From positions 1-59,569 of IMG/VR virus record IMGVR_UViG_3300034147_000039: a DNA stretch of 59,569 nucleotides; one strand, given 5' to 3'. The notes under the pieces were generated by a model. The model was given only the letters and a program-made list of their open reading frames with translations, did no database searches and was not told where the DNA came from. Both the position numbers and the translations under genes were made by a program. Positions 45,144 to 54,208 of the stretch are shown in pieces. This DNA comes from a virus. Lineage: Duplodnaviria > Caudoviricetes. Position 1 is the first letter of the stretch. Each line of letters starts with the position of its first letter.

Positions 45144-47279
45144 ATGAAGCACGACTTCAGTGGTTACGCCACAAAGGCGAACATTCGATGCTCTGACGGT
45201 AAGACCATCATGCCGGATGCTTTCAAGCATCAGGACCAAATGCAGGTCCCGTTGGTGTGGATGCATGGTCACAATGACCCAGAAAACGTTCTTGGGCACG
45301 CTATTCTCGAAGCTCGTAATGGAGATATTTACACCCGTTGCTATTTCAACAACACACCGAAGGCTCAACATACGAAGGAAGCAGTAGTCCACAAGGACAT
45401 CACAATGTTGTCCATTTGGGCAAATGGTTTGCTCATGAAGGCAGGAGCCGTTCTTCATGGGGCAATCAAGGAAGTGAGTTTGGTGCTTTCTGGTGCAAAC
45501 CCAGGAGCAGTAATTGACAACATCGTCGTTGAGCATTCTGACGGTGAGCCAGACTCGGTTCTTGAAGATGAAGCCATTATTACGATGGGGATTCCCATCG
45601 AGCTCAGTCATTCTGATACTCCTGACGGCGATGATGACGATCGGGACGGTAAGGACGATAGGGACGATAGGGATGACGATGTCCAGAAGGTATACGACTC
45701 GTTGAACGACAGGCAGAGGGAGCTGGTTCATTCCATGCTCGGAGAGGCGCTCGATGTGAGTGGATCCAGTGACACCAAGAAGGTTAAAGATGCTGATGGT
45801 GATGCCGATAAGGACAAGAAGGTCGGGCATGCTGACGGCGATGAGGACAAGTCTGTTGCAGACGTATTCAATGCGATGACTGATGAACAAAAAGAAGTAG
45901 TGTATTTCATGGTTGGTCAGGCAGCCGAAGCTGCCGGCACAGCACAGCAAGACGACCTGAATGACGACTCTGCCGGTCACGGCGACAAGGAAGGAACCCA
46001 AATGATCACCCATAACGTTTTCGAGGATAAGAAGGCGGGCGGCGACAACTCCATGGTGCTTTCTCATGATGACATGAAGGGCATTCTCAAGAGTGCGATG
46101 CGAGGCGGCTCGATGAAGGGCGCCTTCGAGGAATACGCTCTTGCGCATGGGATCAATGAGATCGACGTTCTCTTCCCCGATGCAAAAGCAATCGCTGATG
46201 CGCCGGAGTGGAACAGGCGTCGTACTGAGTGGGCAACTGCTCTGATTGGTTCTGCTCGAAAGAGCCCGTTCTCCCGGATCAAGACGCTGTGGGCCGATCT
46301 CACTGAGGATGACGCTCGAGCCAAGGGTTACGTGACAGGGGCATTCAAGAAGGAAGAGTTCTTCCCGGTCGCCAAGCGCGTCACAACTCCTACGACTGTG
46401 TACAAGAAGCAGGCGTTGGATCGTGACGATGTCGTAGACATCACCGACTTCGAGGTGATCGCCTGGATGAAGGGCGAAATGCGGCTCATGCTCGATGAGG
46501 AAGTTGCTCGTGCGATGCTCCTCGGCGACGGTCGCGATATTGCCAGCGAGGACAAGATTGATGAGCAGTGCATTCGACCGATCGCAACCGATCACGAGCT
46601 CTACACCACGCAGATCTATGTCAACGTTGATGATGCGTCTTCGTCGATGCTCGAGGTGATGGACGCTGTCATCATGAACCGGGCAAAGCTCAAGGGTACC
46701 GGTATGCCGACGTTCTTCACCACGGAGTACTGGATCGCTCGATTCCTGCTCGTGCGTGACGGCGACAACAAGCGCATGTACCGGAACCTCGAGGAGCTCG
46801 CCATGGAGCTTCGTGTCGACAAGATCGTTCCGGTTGAGGTGATGCTCGAGTACCCAGACATCATCGGCGTCATGGTCAACCCGGTTGACTACGTGCTCGG
46901 TGCCAACAAGGGCGGAGAGGTCAACTTCTTCGACGACTTCGACATCGACTACAACAAGCTGAAGTACCTCATCGAGACCCGGCTCTCTGGAGCTCTTGTC
47001 AAGCTCAAGGCCGCCATGGTCATCAACCGTACCGCTGGTTCGAACGTTCTGGTTACTCCTGCTGCTCCTACCTACGTCCCGGCAACTGGCGCGTTGACCA
47101 TCGTGAACACCACCGGTGTTGTTTATAAGAATGCCGGCGGAACCACGATTGACGCGGCTGGTTCTCCGTACACGGTTGCACCAGGGACGACGTACGTCGT
47201 CAATGCCACGCCGGCAACGGGTTACTACTTCGGCACCAGCGATGACGATTCCTGGAGCTTCACTCGTCCCGCTGCCTAA
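45144..47279 (+). CDS. Prohead protease / scaffold / major capsid protein fusion with C-terminal Ig-like domain
   Basis: Protease 'FSGYA..','PLVW.H','EVSLV..GANP.A'; acidic linker; HK97 capsid region. Confidence 0.9.
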   Translation: MKHDFSGYATKANIRCSDGKTIMPDAFKHQDQMQVPLVWMHGHNDPENVLGHAILEARNGDIYTRCYFNNTPKAQHTKEAVVHKDITMLSIWANGLLMKAGAVLHGAIKEVSLVLSGANPGAVIDNIVVEHSDGEPDSVLEDEAIITMGIPIELSHSDTPDGDDDDRDGKDDRDDRDDDVQKVYDSLNDRQRELVHSMLGEALDVSGSSDTKKVKDADGDADKDKKVGHADGDEDKSVADVFNAMTDEQKEVVYFMVGQAAEAAGTAQQDDLNDDSAGHGDKEGTQMITHNVFEDKKAGGDNSMVLSHDDMKGILKSAMRGGSMKGAFEEYALAHGINEIDVLFPDAKAIADAPEWNRRRTEWATALIGSARKSPFSRIKTLWADLTEDDARAKGYVTGAFKKEEFFPVAKRVTTPTTVYKKQALDRDDVVDITDFEVIAWMKGEMRLMLDEEVARAMLLGDGRDIASEDKIDEQCIRPIATDHELYTTQIYVNVDDASSSMLEVMDAVIMNRAKLKGTGMPTFFTTEYWIARFLLVRDGDNKRMYRNLEELAMELRVDKIVPVEVMLEYPDIIGVMVNPVDYVLGANKGGEVNFFDDFDIDYNKLKYLIETRLSGALVKLKAAMVINRTAGSNVLVTPAAPTYVPATGALTIVNTTGVVYKNAGGTTIDAAGSPYTVAPGTTYVVNATPATGYYFGTSDDDSWSFTRPAA

Positions 47280-47300
47280 TACAGAGAAAGGTCCGGTTCC

Positions 47301-47642
47301 ATGGCAAGGTTCTACGATGTAGTCGGATACGGTGAATCTGTAGAAACACCTGCCGGATCTGGCGTTCATGTAGATCAGATCACAGAAATGAAATATTATG
47401 GAGAAGTTATTCGAAACACTCGTAGGTTGACCCCTGATGAGCATTTGAATAATGAGATTTCTGTGGGTAATTCTATTAGTATTATCGCTGATGAATACGC
47501 CACAAAACACTTCTTCGCCATTAAGTATATTCGATGGGAGGGGGTTAATTGGAAGGTAACGACAGTTGAGGTTCGACCACCTCGTCTTATCCTTGCCCTT
47601 GGAACTGTTTATAACGGTCCTGTATTAGTTTCAACGCCTTAA
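47301..47642 (+). CDS. Head-to-tail stopper/adaptor
   Basis: Position after capsid; 'PRL.L.LG.VYNG'. Confidence 0.65.
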   Translation: MARFYDVVGYGESVETPAGSGVHVDQITEMKYYGEVIRNTRRLTPDEHLNNEISVGNSISIIADEYATKHFFAIKYIRWEGVNWKVTTVEVRPPRLILALGTVYNGPVLVSTP

Positions 47643-47653
47643 GGAGGCTTACT

Positions 47654-47959
47654 GTGGGCCTACGTGCAGACCTTCAAGTTCTGTTAAAAGAGTTACTTGG
47701 CTCGGATCATGTATATTTTCAGCCACCGGAATCCATTAAGATGGTGTATCCATGTATTGTTTATAAGAGAGATCTGCGGATTACTCGGTTTGCAGAGAAC
47801 AAGCCGTATAATCATGGTAAACGCTATCAAATAATAGTTATTGATGCTAATCCAGATAGCGATCTTCCAGATAAAATTGCCGACCTTCCAATGTGCATAT
47901 TTGATCGTTTCTATACGGCCGATAACCTCAACCACGACGTGTTCAACCTCTTCTTCTAA
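47654..47959 (+). CDS. Tail terminator / completion protein
   Basis: 'VYFQPP......YPCIVY'; precedes major tail. Confidence 0.7.
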   Translation: MGLRADLQVLLKELLGSDHVYFQPPESIKMVYPCIVYKRDLRITRFAENKPYNHGKRYQIIVIDANPDSDLPDKIADLPMCIFDRFYTADNLNHDVFNLFF

Positions 47960-47969
47960 GGAGAAAACC

Positions 47970-48842
47970 ATGACAGCACTTGTCTGGGACCAATCCGGCG
48001 AGCGTCTCTACGAGACTGGCGTCGATCACGGGGTCCTTTACATCCCAACCGCTGGAGTTTACGATCTCGGCGTTGCTTGGAACGGTTTGACCACCGTTAC
48101 CGAGTCGCCATCAGGTGCGGAAGCTACGGCGTTGTATGCCGACAACATCAAGTATTTGAATCTGATCTCCGTGGAGGAATTCGGTGGAACGATCGAGGCC
48201 TACACTTACCCGAATGAATTCGCCCAATGCGACGGAACGGAAGAGCCTGTTCCTGGAGTCCTCGTAGCACAACAGACCCGCAAGACGTTCGGGCTTTCGT
48301 ATCGAACCCGACTTGGTAACGACGAGGAATCTACGGACTATGGTTACAAGTTGCATTTGGTTTACAATGCCATTGCAGCTCCGTCTGAGAAGGCCTTCGC
48401 TACGATCAATGATTCGCCGGAGGCAATCACCTTCAGTTGGGAGTTCTCGACAACTGGAGTGGCGGTTCCTAACCTCAAGCCGAGTGCCTTGATCACGATC
48501 GTGTCCACTGATGTGGATTCGGACGATCTCGATGCTCTGCTCCAGGTTCTTTACGGCACCGTAGGTACCAGCCCAAGGCTTCCTCTTCCGCAAGAGCTTC
48601 TCGGAATGTTCGCTGCTGGTGCGACAGTTGAAGTCATGCCGGTGGCTCCGACGTATGTTGATGCAACAGACACCCTCACGATTCCGGCCGTTACCGGCGT
48701 TAGTTACTACATCGATAACGTCTTGGTTGCAGCCGGCCCAATCGTCATCACGCAAGACACGGTTGTCACAGCTCGACCGAACTCAGGGTACACCTTCCCG
48801 GCAGTTGCCGATGAGGACTGGTTCTTTAATCATACGCCGTGA
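47970..48842 (+). CDS. Major tail protein
   Basis: 'LVWD..GER.YETGVD.GVLY...AWNGL..V.ESPSG.E...YADN.KY'; Ig-like tail. Confidence 0.9.
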   Translation: MTALVWDQSGERLYETGVDHGVLYIPTAGVYDLGVAWNGLTTVTESPSGAEATALYADNIKYLNLISVEEFGGTIEAYTYPNEFAQCDGTEEPVPGVLVAQQTRKTFGLSYRTRLGNDEESTDYGYKLHLVYNAIAAPSEKAFATINDSPEAITFSWEFSTTGVAVPNLKPSALITIVSTDVDSDDLDALLQVLYGTVGTSPRLPLPQELLGMFAAGATVEVMPVAPTYVDATDTLTIPAVTGVSYYIDNVLVAAGPIVITQDTVVTARPNSGYTFPAVADEDWFFNHTP

Positions 48843-48869
48843 TCCAGTTGGTGGCAAGGAGATCAAAGG

Positions 48870-49412
48870 ATGCTCAGAATTACTATTCCGAAACAAGAGT
48901 TCTATGATGAAGTCGAGGGAAAGTTCATCTACTCCGACTACATTGAATTGGACTTAGAGCATTCTTTGGTCTCAGTGTCAAAATGGGAGTCAAAATTCGA
49001 AAAACCGTTTCTTGCTCCAGGAACCAAAACAACAGAAGAAGTTCTTGATTACATAAGGGCAATGATTGTGACTCCGAATGTGCCTTTGGACATCGTTTCG
49101 AAGTTTGGTCCAGACGACATCGAAAGAGTTAATGATTATATAGAGTCAAAGCAATCAGCAACCACTTTTGGAATGATGCCCAAAGCTACTGGGCGAAGTG
49201 AAACGATTAGTTCGGAATTAGTATACTATTGGATGGTCACATACAACATCCCATTCGAATGTGAAACATGGCACCTGAATCGACTTTTCTCTTTGATTCG
49301 CATTTGTAATGTAAAGAGTACGAAACAGAAGAAGATGTCAAGAGGTCAATTAGCGGCAAGAAACCGAGAACTCAATGCGCAAAGAAGAGCAGCGCTCGGA
49401 ACAACTGGATAG
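48870..49412 (+). CDS. Tail assembly chaperone-like protein
   Basis: Follows major tail; 'LEHSLVS.SKWESK...IPFEC..WHLNRL'. Confidence 0.55.
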   Translation: MLRITIPKQEFYDEVEGKFIYSDYIELDLEHSLVSVSKWESKFEKPFLAPGTKTTEEVLDYIRAMIVTPNVPLDIVSKFGPDDIERVNDYIESKQSATTFGMMPKATGRSETISSELVYYWMVTYNIPFECETWHLNRLFSLIRICNVKSTKQKKMSRGQLAARNRELNAQRRAALGTTG

Positions 49413-49424
49413 ACTGGAGGTGTA

Positions 49425-50222
49425 ATGACTGCGCTTTTGTGGGATGAGCTAGGAACTCGTTATTACGAGGCTGGAGTGGATCGAGGAGTGCTCTATCCGC
49501 CGAATTCGCCAGGCGTTCCATGGAACGGTCTCATTGCAGTTAACGAGAGAGTGTCTGGAAACGAGGGTGCTCCAGTTTATTTTGATGGAGTAAAGTTTGC
49601 TAATGTTTTGGCTCTTGGCGAGTTCTCGGCTTCGGTCAGAGCATACACTTATCCGGATGAATTCCTGCAATTCGAAGGCGTTCTTGAAGTTGGATCAGGT
49701 AATGGACTTTATGTAGGTAATCAACAACTGACACAATTCGGAATGTCATATCGCACAATGGTCGGTAATGATGTGGATGAAGAGGCGGGGTATAAAATCC
49801 ATGTTTTGTATAATTTGACGGCGGTTCCAGCGCAAAAGAATTTTCAAACTATTCCGACGGGCAGTGCCGTGGAGTTTGAATGGACGGTCACGGCTATTCC
49901 AGGTAAACTTAATGACTTTCGACCAACTGCGCACGTTATATTTGACACTAGAGAGATGAGTACTGAACTTATTCAAGATATTGAAGAGACTCTATATGGA
50001 GACGAGTTTAATGACGCTCGTCTTCCAGCTTTGTCAACATTGACAAGTTTTGTTGGCGAATGGGTTATTATTAGAGTTACGGATCATGAGGACGGAACAT
50101 TTACCATAGAAGCTCCAGACGATCTTCTAACTATGTTGGATGCGACTACTTGGCAACTTATTCAAGCAAATGCCGTATATTTGGACGAAGTGACATACCG
50201 AGTTAGCAACAAGTCCCATTAG
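49425..50222 (+). CDS. Second major-tail-protein paralog
   Basis: Colinear similarity to 47970 ('WD..G.R.YE.GVD.GVLY','AYTYP.EF','YK.H..YN'). Confidence 0.85.
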   Translation: MTALLWDELGTRYYEAGVDRGVLYPPNSPGVPWNGLIAVNERVSGNEGAPVYFDGVKFANVLALGEFSASVRAYTYPDEFLQFEGVLEVGSGNGLYVGNQQLTQFGMSYRTMVGNDVDEEAGYKIHVLYNLTAVPAQKNFQTIPTGSAVEFEWTVTAIPGKLNDFRPTAHVIFDTREMSTELIQDIEETLYGDEFNDARLPALSTLTSFVGEWVIIRVTDHEDGTFTIEAPDDLLTMLDATTWQLIQANAVYLDEVTYRVSNKSH

Positions 50223-50230
50223 GGGGTAAC

Positions 50231-50410
50231 ATGTTTGCATTGAACAGTGTCGAATGGACTCAGATCGCAGCGATCGCTATATTTGTTCTTGGCGCGATCC
50301 TTTGGCTGACTTCTAATGATCCAAATCACACTAATTTCTCTCGATATGCTGCGGCCACTGTGGCTGTAGGCCTAGCCGTATTTGTATTGAGCTTTATTGT
50401 CAACCCGTGA
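50231..50410 (+). CDS. 59-aa two-TM membrane protein (not in ORF track)
   Basis: RBS AGGGGG; two hydrophobic helices. Confidence 0.6.
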   Translation: MFALNSVEWTQIAAIAIFVLGAILWLTSNDPNHTNFSRYAAATVAVGLAVFVLSFIVNP

Positions 50411-50435
50411 ACAACAACTGAAACAAGGAGCACAC

Positions 50436-50687
50436 ATGTCCACGCAAAGTCAAATCGATCAGTGGAATGCCGCTGTCGAGAAGATTGCTGCTCGAGATGG
50501 AATCAGTTTCGCTGATGCCGCCGACAATCTTGCGGCATTGCTTAATAGTGATGCGGTACAGGACGCTATCCGAACAGAGGTTTATTCTCGTCTTGAAACT
50601 CTCGAGGGTCGTTTGGAAACTCTGGAAGCCAATCTCGGATTCGGCCGAACGGATATTACTGCGCCGGGACGTCCCGATCCCGTCTGA
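50436..50687 (+). CDS. Hypothetical coiled-coil protein
   Basis: RBS AAGGAG. Confidence 0.6.
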   Translation: MSTQSQIDQWNAAVEKIAARDGISFADAADNLAALLNSDAVQDAIRTEVYSRLETLEGRLETLEANLGFGRTDITAPGRPDPV

Positions 50688-50723
50688 TCGTTCTTCGACC
50701 CGCATCTAACGTAAGGAGCTCAC

Positions 50724-51632
50724 ATGGCCTCGATTGATGGATTTACAAAAGAAAGAATGTTGGCGATCGAAAACGCGTCGGTTGTCGACGGTGACGTAGT
50801 TGGAGACAACCTTATTCTAACACGCAAAGATGGCACTACTATTAATGCGGGTAGTGTTCGTGGCCCGATTGGCTCACCAGGAATTAGTAATGAAACGTTA
50901 GATGCGGGTTTGAACGAGCACGTCCCAATTGGTATATCTTTTGATTACATTGGGACTACAGCGCCAACTGTCAGATGGCTTTTGATGATTGGGCAAACAG
51001 TTGTTAATGGCCAAACGTTATATCCTGAATTTTGGAGTAAAATCCCAGCAAGTATGAAATCTGGCGCAAATATTATAATGCCAGACACTAGACATCGAAT
51101 TTCGGTTGGATTTGACAGTGCTGATTCGGATTTTGATGCTATTGGGAAGACCGGTGGTGCGAAAACTGTTGCGTTGACTAGGCCTCAATTGCCTTTGGCA
51201 ACGATTCAGATTAATCCTCCTCCCACTGGGCTTAGCGGTTCCACTGGAGATGATCTTGGTGGTCATACTCATATTTTAGGTGGTCAAACCAGTCCTGGTG
51301 GGATGGGTAATCACACAAATCTTGGTGCAACAGTGGACTCTAGATTCATTATGATGACCCCTGGGGGACCTCACTCTATCGATATTTTGCATGATCCTGC
51401 TGGCGGTGCGACCGTCACGACAGAACTTACTACTGGTGGATCAACTGTATCTGATTTGCATCAGCATCCTCTCCCGCCAACAACTGGGGCACCAGCGGTT
51501 TATCATAAGCATCCGGCAGGGACTCTTTCTGTTGATATTGCACCATTTCCTTCTGAGGCGCTTGGTTCTGGTGAGGCTCATAATAACATGCCGCCGTACA
51601 TTACATTCACAAAGATCATCAAGGTTCTATGA
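50724..51632 (+). CDS. Minor tail protein with tail-collar domain
   Basis: 'PIG....Y.G..AP...WL...GQ','GKTGGAKT..LT..QLP','HNNMPPY....IIK'. Confidence 0.8.
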   Translation: MASIDGFTKERMLAIENASVVDGDVVGDNLILTRKDGTTINAGSVRGPIGSPGISNETLDAGLNEHVPIGISFDYIGTTAPTVRWLLMIGQTVVNGQTLYPEFWSKIPASMKSGANIIMPDTRHRISVGFDSADSDFDAIGKTGGAKTVALTRPQLPLATIQINPPPTGLSGSTGDDLGGHTHILGGQTSPGGMGNHTNLGATVDSRFIMMTPGGPHSIDILHDPAGGATVTTELTTGGSTVSDLHQHPLPPTTGAPAVYHKHPAGTLSVDIAPFPSEALGSGEAHNNMPPYITFTKIIKVL

Positions 51633-51644
51633 TCGGAGGATCAA

Positions 51645-51956
51645 ATGAGTGATGCAATTAAAGTTTTCAAAAATAGGACAAATCTCCTCCCTATTTCTAT
51701 TGGTTTTGATGTTTCTGACGATGTGATCACAAGCGAAATTCGAACTCCATCAGGAGAGCTTATTGCAACCTGGACAGTATTATTTGACAGCGATGGAACG
51801 GATGGCGAAATCGTACTAAAGTTGGATGATGCAATAACAGAAGATATTCAATATCCAACGGGCATTATGGACATTAAACGTGTTTCGGGCGGAGAACCGT
51901 ATGCGGTATTTGATGGTCCATTAGAGGTGACATTCATAGAAACGGTAACCGCATGA
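51645..51956 (+). CDS. Putative tail adaptor protein
   Basis: Tail module; resembles 1614-2009. Confidence 0.5.
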   Translation: MSDAIKVFKNRTNLLPISIGFDVSDDVITSEIRTPSGELIATWTVLFDSDGTDGEIVLKLDDAITEDIQYPTGIMDIKRVSGGEPYAVFDGPLEVTFIETVTA

Positions 51957-53635
51957 GTGGAATGGATGTTACTCCGACAAATCAAACTGTAAATGTAAAC
52001 CAAGCGCCATCTTCGATTCGAGCTGTTTCTAGAACACAGCGAATTGTTGTTAATAGAGGTGGGGAAACGTTAAATCGAGTTGGAACTACTCAACAAATTG
52101 TCGTCAATCGAGGCGATTCGTCAGTTGAAGTTGTTTCGACTCCACAACGGCTAGTTGTTAATTCACCAGGGTCTTCGGTTGGAATTGTTAACGCAGGGCC
52201 TCCAGGTCCACGTGGCCCTATGGGTCCCGCTGATTTGTCTGTATATTTGACAGAGGATGGTCAACTTTTAACTCGAGCTAGTGGAGATCTTGCCCCAATT
52301 ACTCGGCCAAACTTGGCGGCCGATCCTGCATTTACAGCTGCTTATGCGGCTGCGATTGCCGGTCATGTTGCTCTTGCGGATCCACATATTGGGTATGTTT
52401 TAGAAGCGGAATTAGCCGCACATGTCGCCGCTGCCGATCCACATCCTGTATATTTGACCGCCACAGAGGGTAACGCAGCGTATGTTAATGTTGGTGGAGA
52501 TACTATGACGGGGCCGCTTACCGGAACTTCGATTGTTATGTCTGGGAATGTGGGTTCGGCTAGTCACACTTTAAGTTTTGGTGGAGAAGCGCTTAAGTTC
52601 TCAACAATAAATGGTTATGCTGCTTGGTTTAGTGGGGCAACAAGAACTGGATATTTACAAGGTCATTCTTCTGGCATGATTCTTCATAGTGAAATTGGAA
52701 CGCTTCAGCTTCTTGGGGCGTCATCGTTCAATGCTGCTCCAAGTGCTCCTGGGTTCACAATCACTGGTAGTAACAGTCTTTATTGGCCCTCCTATGTCGG
52801 CGGTTGGTTCATGCAAGACACGACATGGATTCGCTCGCATTCTGGGAAGAGTGTGTACATAGATCAAGGTGTCTTTGGTGGTGGCTACGTTTCGATCAAT
52901 AACGGTGGATCACTTATCAGTGGGTATCGGTTCCATCTTGCGGGATCAGGGTATGTCACTGATAACTTAATCGTGAATTCTCAATGTCAAGGAAACCGAA
53001 ATCAGATCGCGGACGCTGGTTGGGGTAATGCTTCGTTTCTTGCTAATCCAGGAACAGGTGGTGCAGCCATTGCTTTTCATGCTGGCGGTACGGCACCTCA
53101 GATTAGAATTGCTAGTGGTAGTAACTATTTCTACTTCCGAGATGCTGGTGGAATTTCATATGTTCCATTAGCAGCTTCGGCTTTCGACGTGTCTTCGGCT
53201 CGAGCCACTAAACAAGACATATCGCCTTGGCCTCCAAATCCGAAGAACCTCGGGGCTGGAGCCAACCCTGACCGTCCAACCAAGCGGTTACGTGACCTCC
53301 ACCCTGTGAGCTTCCGTCGTAAAGAAGAAGACGCCATGGCCGAAGTGCCGTCGGATGAAAAAGAGCAAAAGGACACGACGAAGTACAGGATCCACAGGTG
53401 CCACAATGATACGTGTGGTGGGTCAGAGGCTTCTCCTTGCGCTCGTCGTCTCAACTGGGAACGAGGAGAGATAGGGTTTGTTGCAGAAGAAGTGGCGGAG
53501 TTCTTACCAGAAGCAGTAATGTTCAATAATGATGGAAATCCAGAAGCAATTTCGGTAATGCCATTACTTACAGCAGTGCTTGCTGCTGTACAAGAACTTG
53601 ATTCGAGAGTTGATCTATTAGAGGGAGCAATGTAA
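51953..53635 (+). CDS. Tail fibre with C-terminal intramolecular chaperone (peptidase S74-like)
   Basis: 'SSARATKQDI...L.PV.F...GFVAEEV...PEAV...AVQEL..RV..LE'. Confidence 0.85.
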   Translation: MSGMDVTPTNQTVNVNQAPSSIRAVSRTQRIVVNRGGETLNRVGTTQQIVVNRGDSSVEVVSTPQRLVVNSPGSSVGIVNAGPPGPRGPMGPADLSVYLTEDGQLLTRASGDLAPITRPNLAADPAFTAAYAAAIAGHVALADPHIGYVLEAELAAHVAAADPHPVYLTATEGNAAYVNVGGDTMTGPLTGTSIVMSGNVGSASHTLSFGGEALKFSTINGYAAWFSGATRTGYLQGHSSGMILHSEIGTLQLLGASSFNAAPSAPGFTITGSNSLYWPSYVGGWFMQDTTWIRSHSGKSVYIDQGVFGGGYVSINNGGSLISGYRFHLAGSGYVTDNLIVNSQCQGNRNQIADAGWGNASFLANPGTGGAAIAFHAGGTAPQIRIASGSNYFYFRDAGGISYVPLAASAFDVSSARATKQDISPWPPNPKNLGAGANPDRPTKRLRDLHPVSFRRKEEDAMAEVPSDEKEQKDTTKYRIHRCHNDTCGGSEASPCARRLNWERGEIGFVAEEVAEFLPEAVMFNNDGNPEAISVMPLLTAVLAAVQELDSRVDLLEGAM

Positions 53636-53787
53636 TGGACGTTCAAGTGGAACTTTCTGAACTCGTAGATGTCTTTCAGAGGCTCTTTCCAAAAGAGTAC
53701 ACCATTGCTATTCAGACCTGTCACATAGCTAAACTCAATGCGTTACTCGAAGAGAAAGAAGAGGTTAAAGAAGTTGTAGAAGAATAG
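53635..53787 (+). CDS. 50-aa hypothetical protein
   Basis: TAATG coupling; RBS GGGAG. Confidence 0.5.
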   Translation: MDVQVELSELVDVFQRLFPKEYTIAIQTCHIAKLNALLEEKEEVKEVVEE

Positions 53788-53824
53788 TCAAAATGGGAGT
53801 AAATTCTTAAAGAAAGGAGTCGGT

Positions 53825-54208
53825 ATGATCCATGTGAAACTATCGGGCTCCTCTAAAACGACCAATGATACATTAAAGAAGTTGGCTAAAAGAGAATACA
53901 TGAGTGATCTTAGTCGTTTTGGTGCTCTTGGGGTATCTGCTCTTTCTGCGGCAACTCCAGTTGATAGTAGATTGACGGCTCAATCATGGGCGTTCAAGGT
54001 TATTGGTAGTCCCCGCAAAGGTCGCGCTACTATTATTTGGTATAACACAAATGTTCAGCATGGTGTTTCTATTGCACTCATTCTTCAGTATGGGCACGGT
54101 ACTGGAACTGGTGGATGGGTTGTAGGTCGTAATTACATTAACCCCGCTATTCAACCTGTATTTGACCAAATCGCCAACGATGTATGGGAGAAGGTGACAC
54201 GTGCCTAG
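53825..54208 (+). CDS. Neck/tail completion protein (HK97 gp10-like)
   Basis: 'TPVDS..TA.SW...LQYGHGT..GG.V.GR.YINPA'. Confidence 0.75.
   Translation: MIHVKLSGSSKTTNDTLKKLAKREYMSDLSRFGALGVSALSAATPVDSRLTAQSWAFKVIGSPRKGRATIIWYNTNVQHGVSIALILQYGHGTGTGGWVVGRNYINPAIQPVFDQIANDVWEKVTRA

Noticed and set aside
45072-47510. 812-aa minus-strand ORF
   Set aside because: Antisense shadow of the codon-biased capsid gene; no RBS or recognisable motifs; the genome is otherwise all + strand
48870-49412. Programmed frameshift in tail assembly chaperone
   Set aside because: No clear slippery site or overlapping second ORF, and the gene is not adjacent to the TMP
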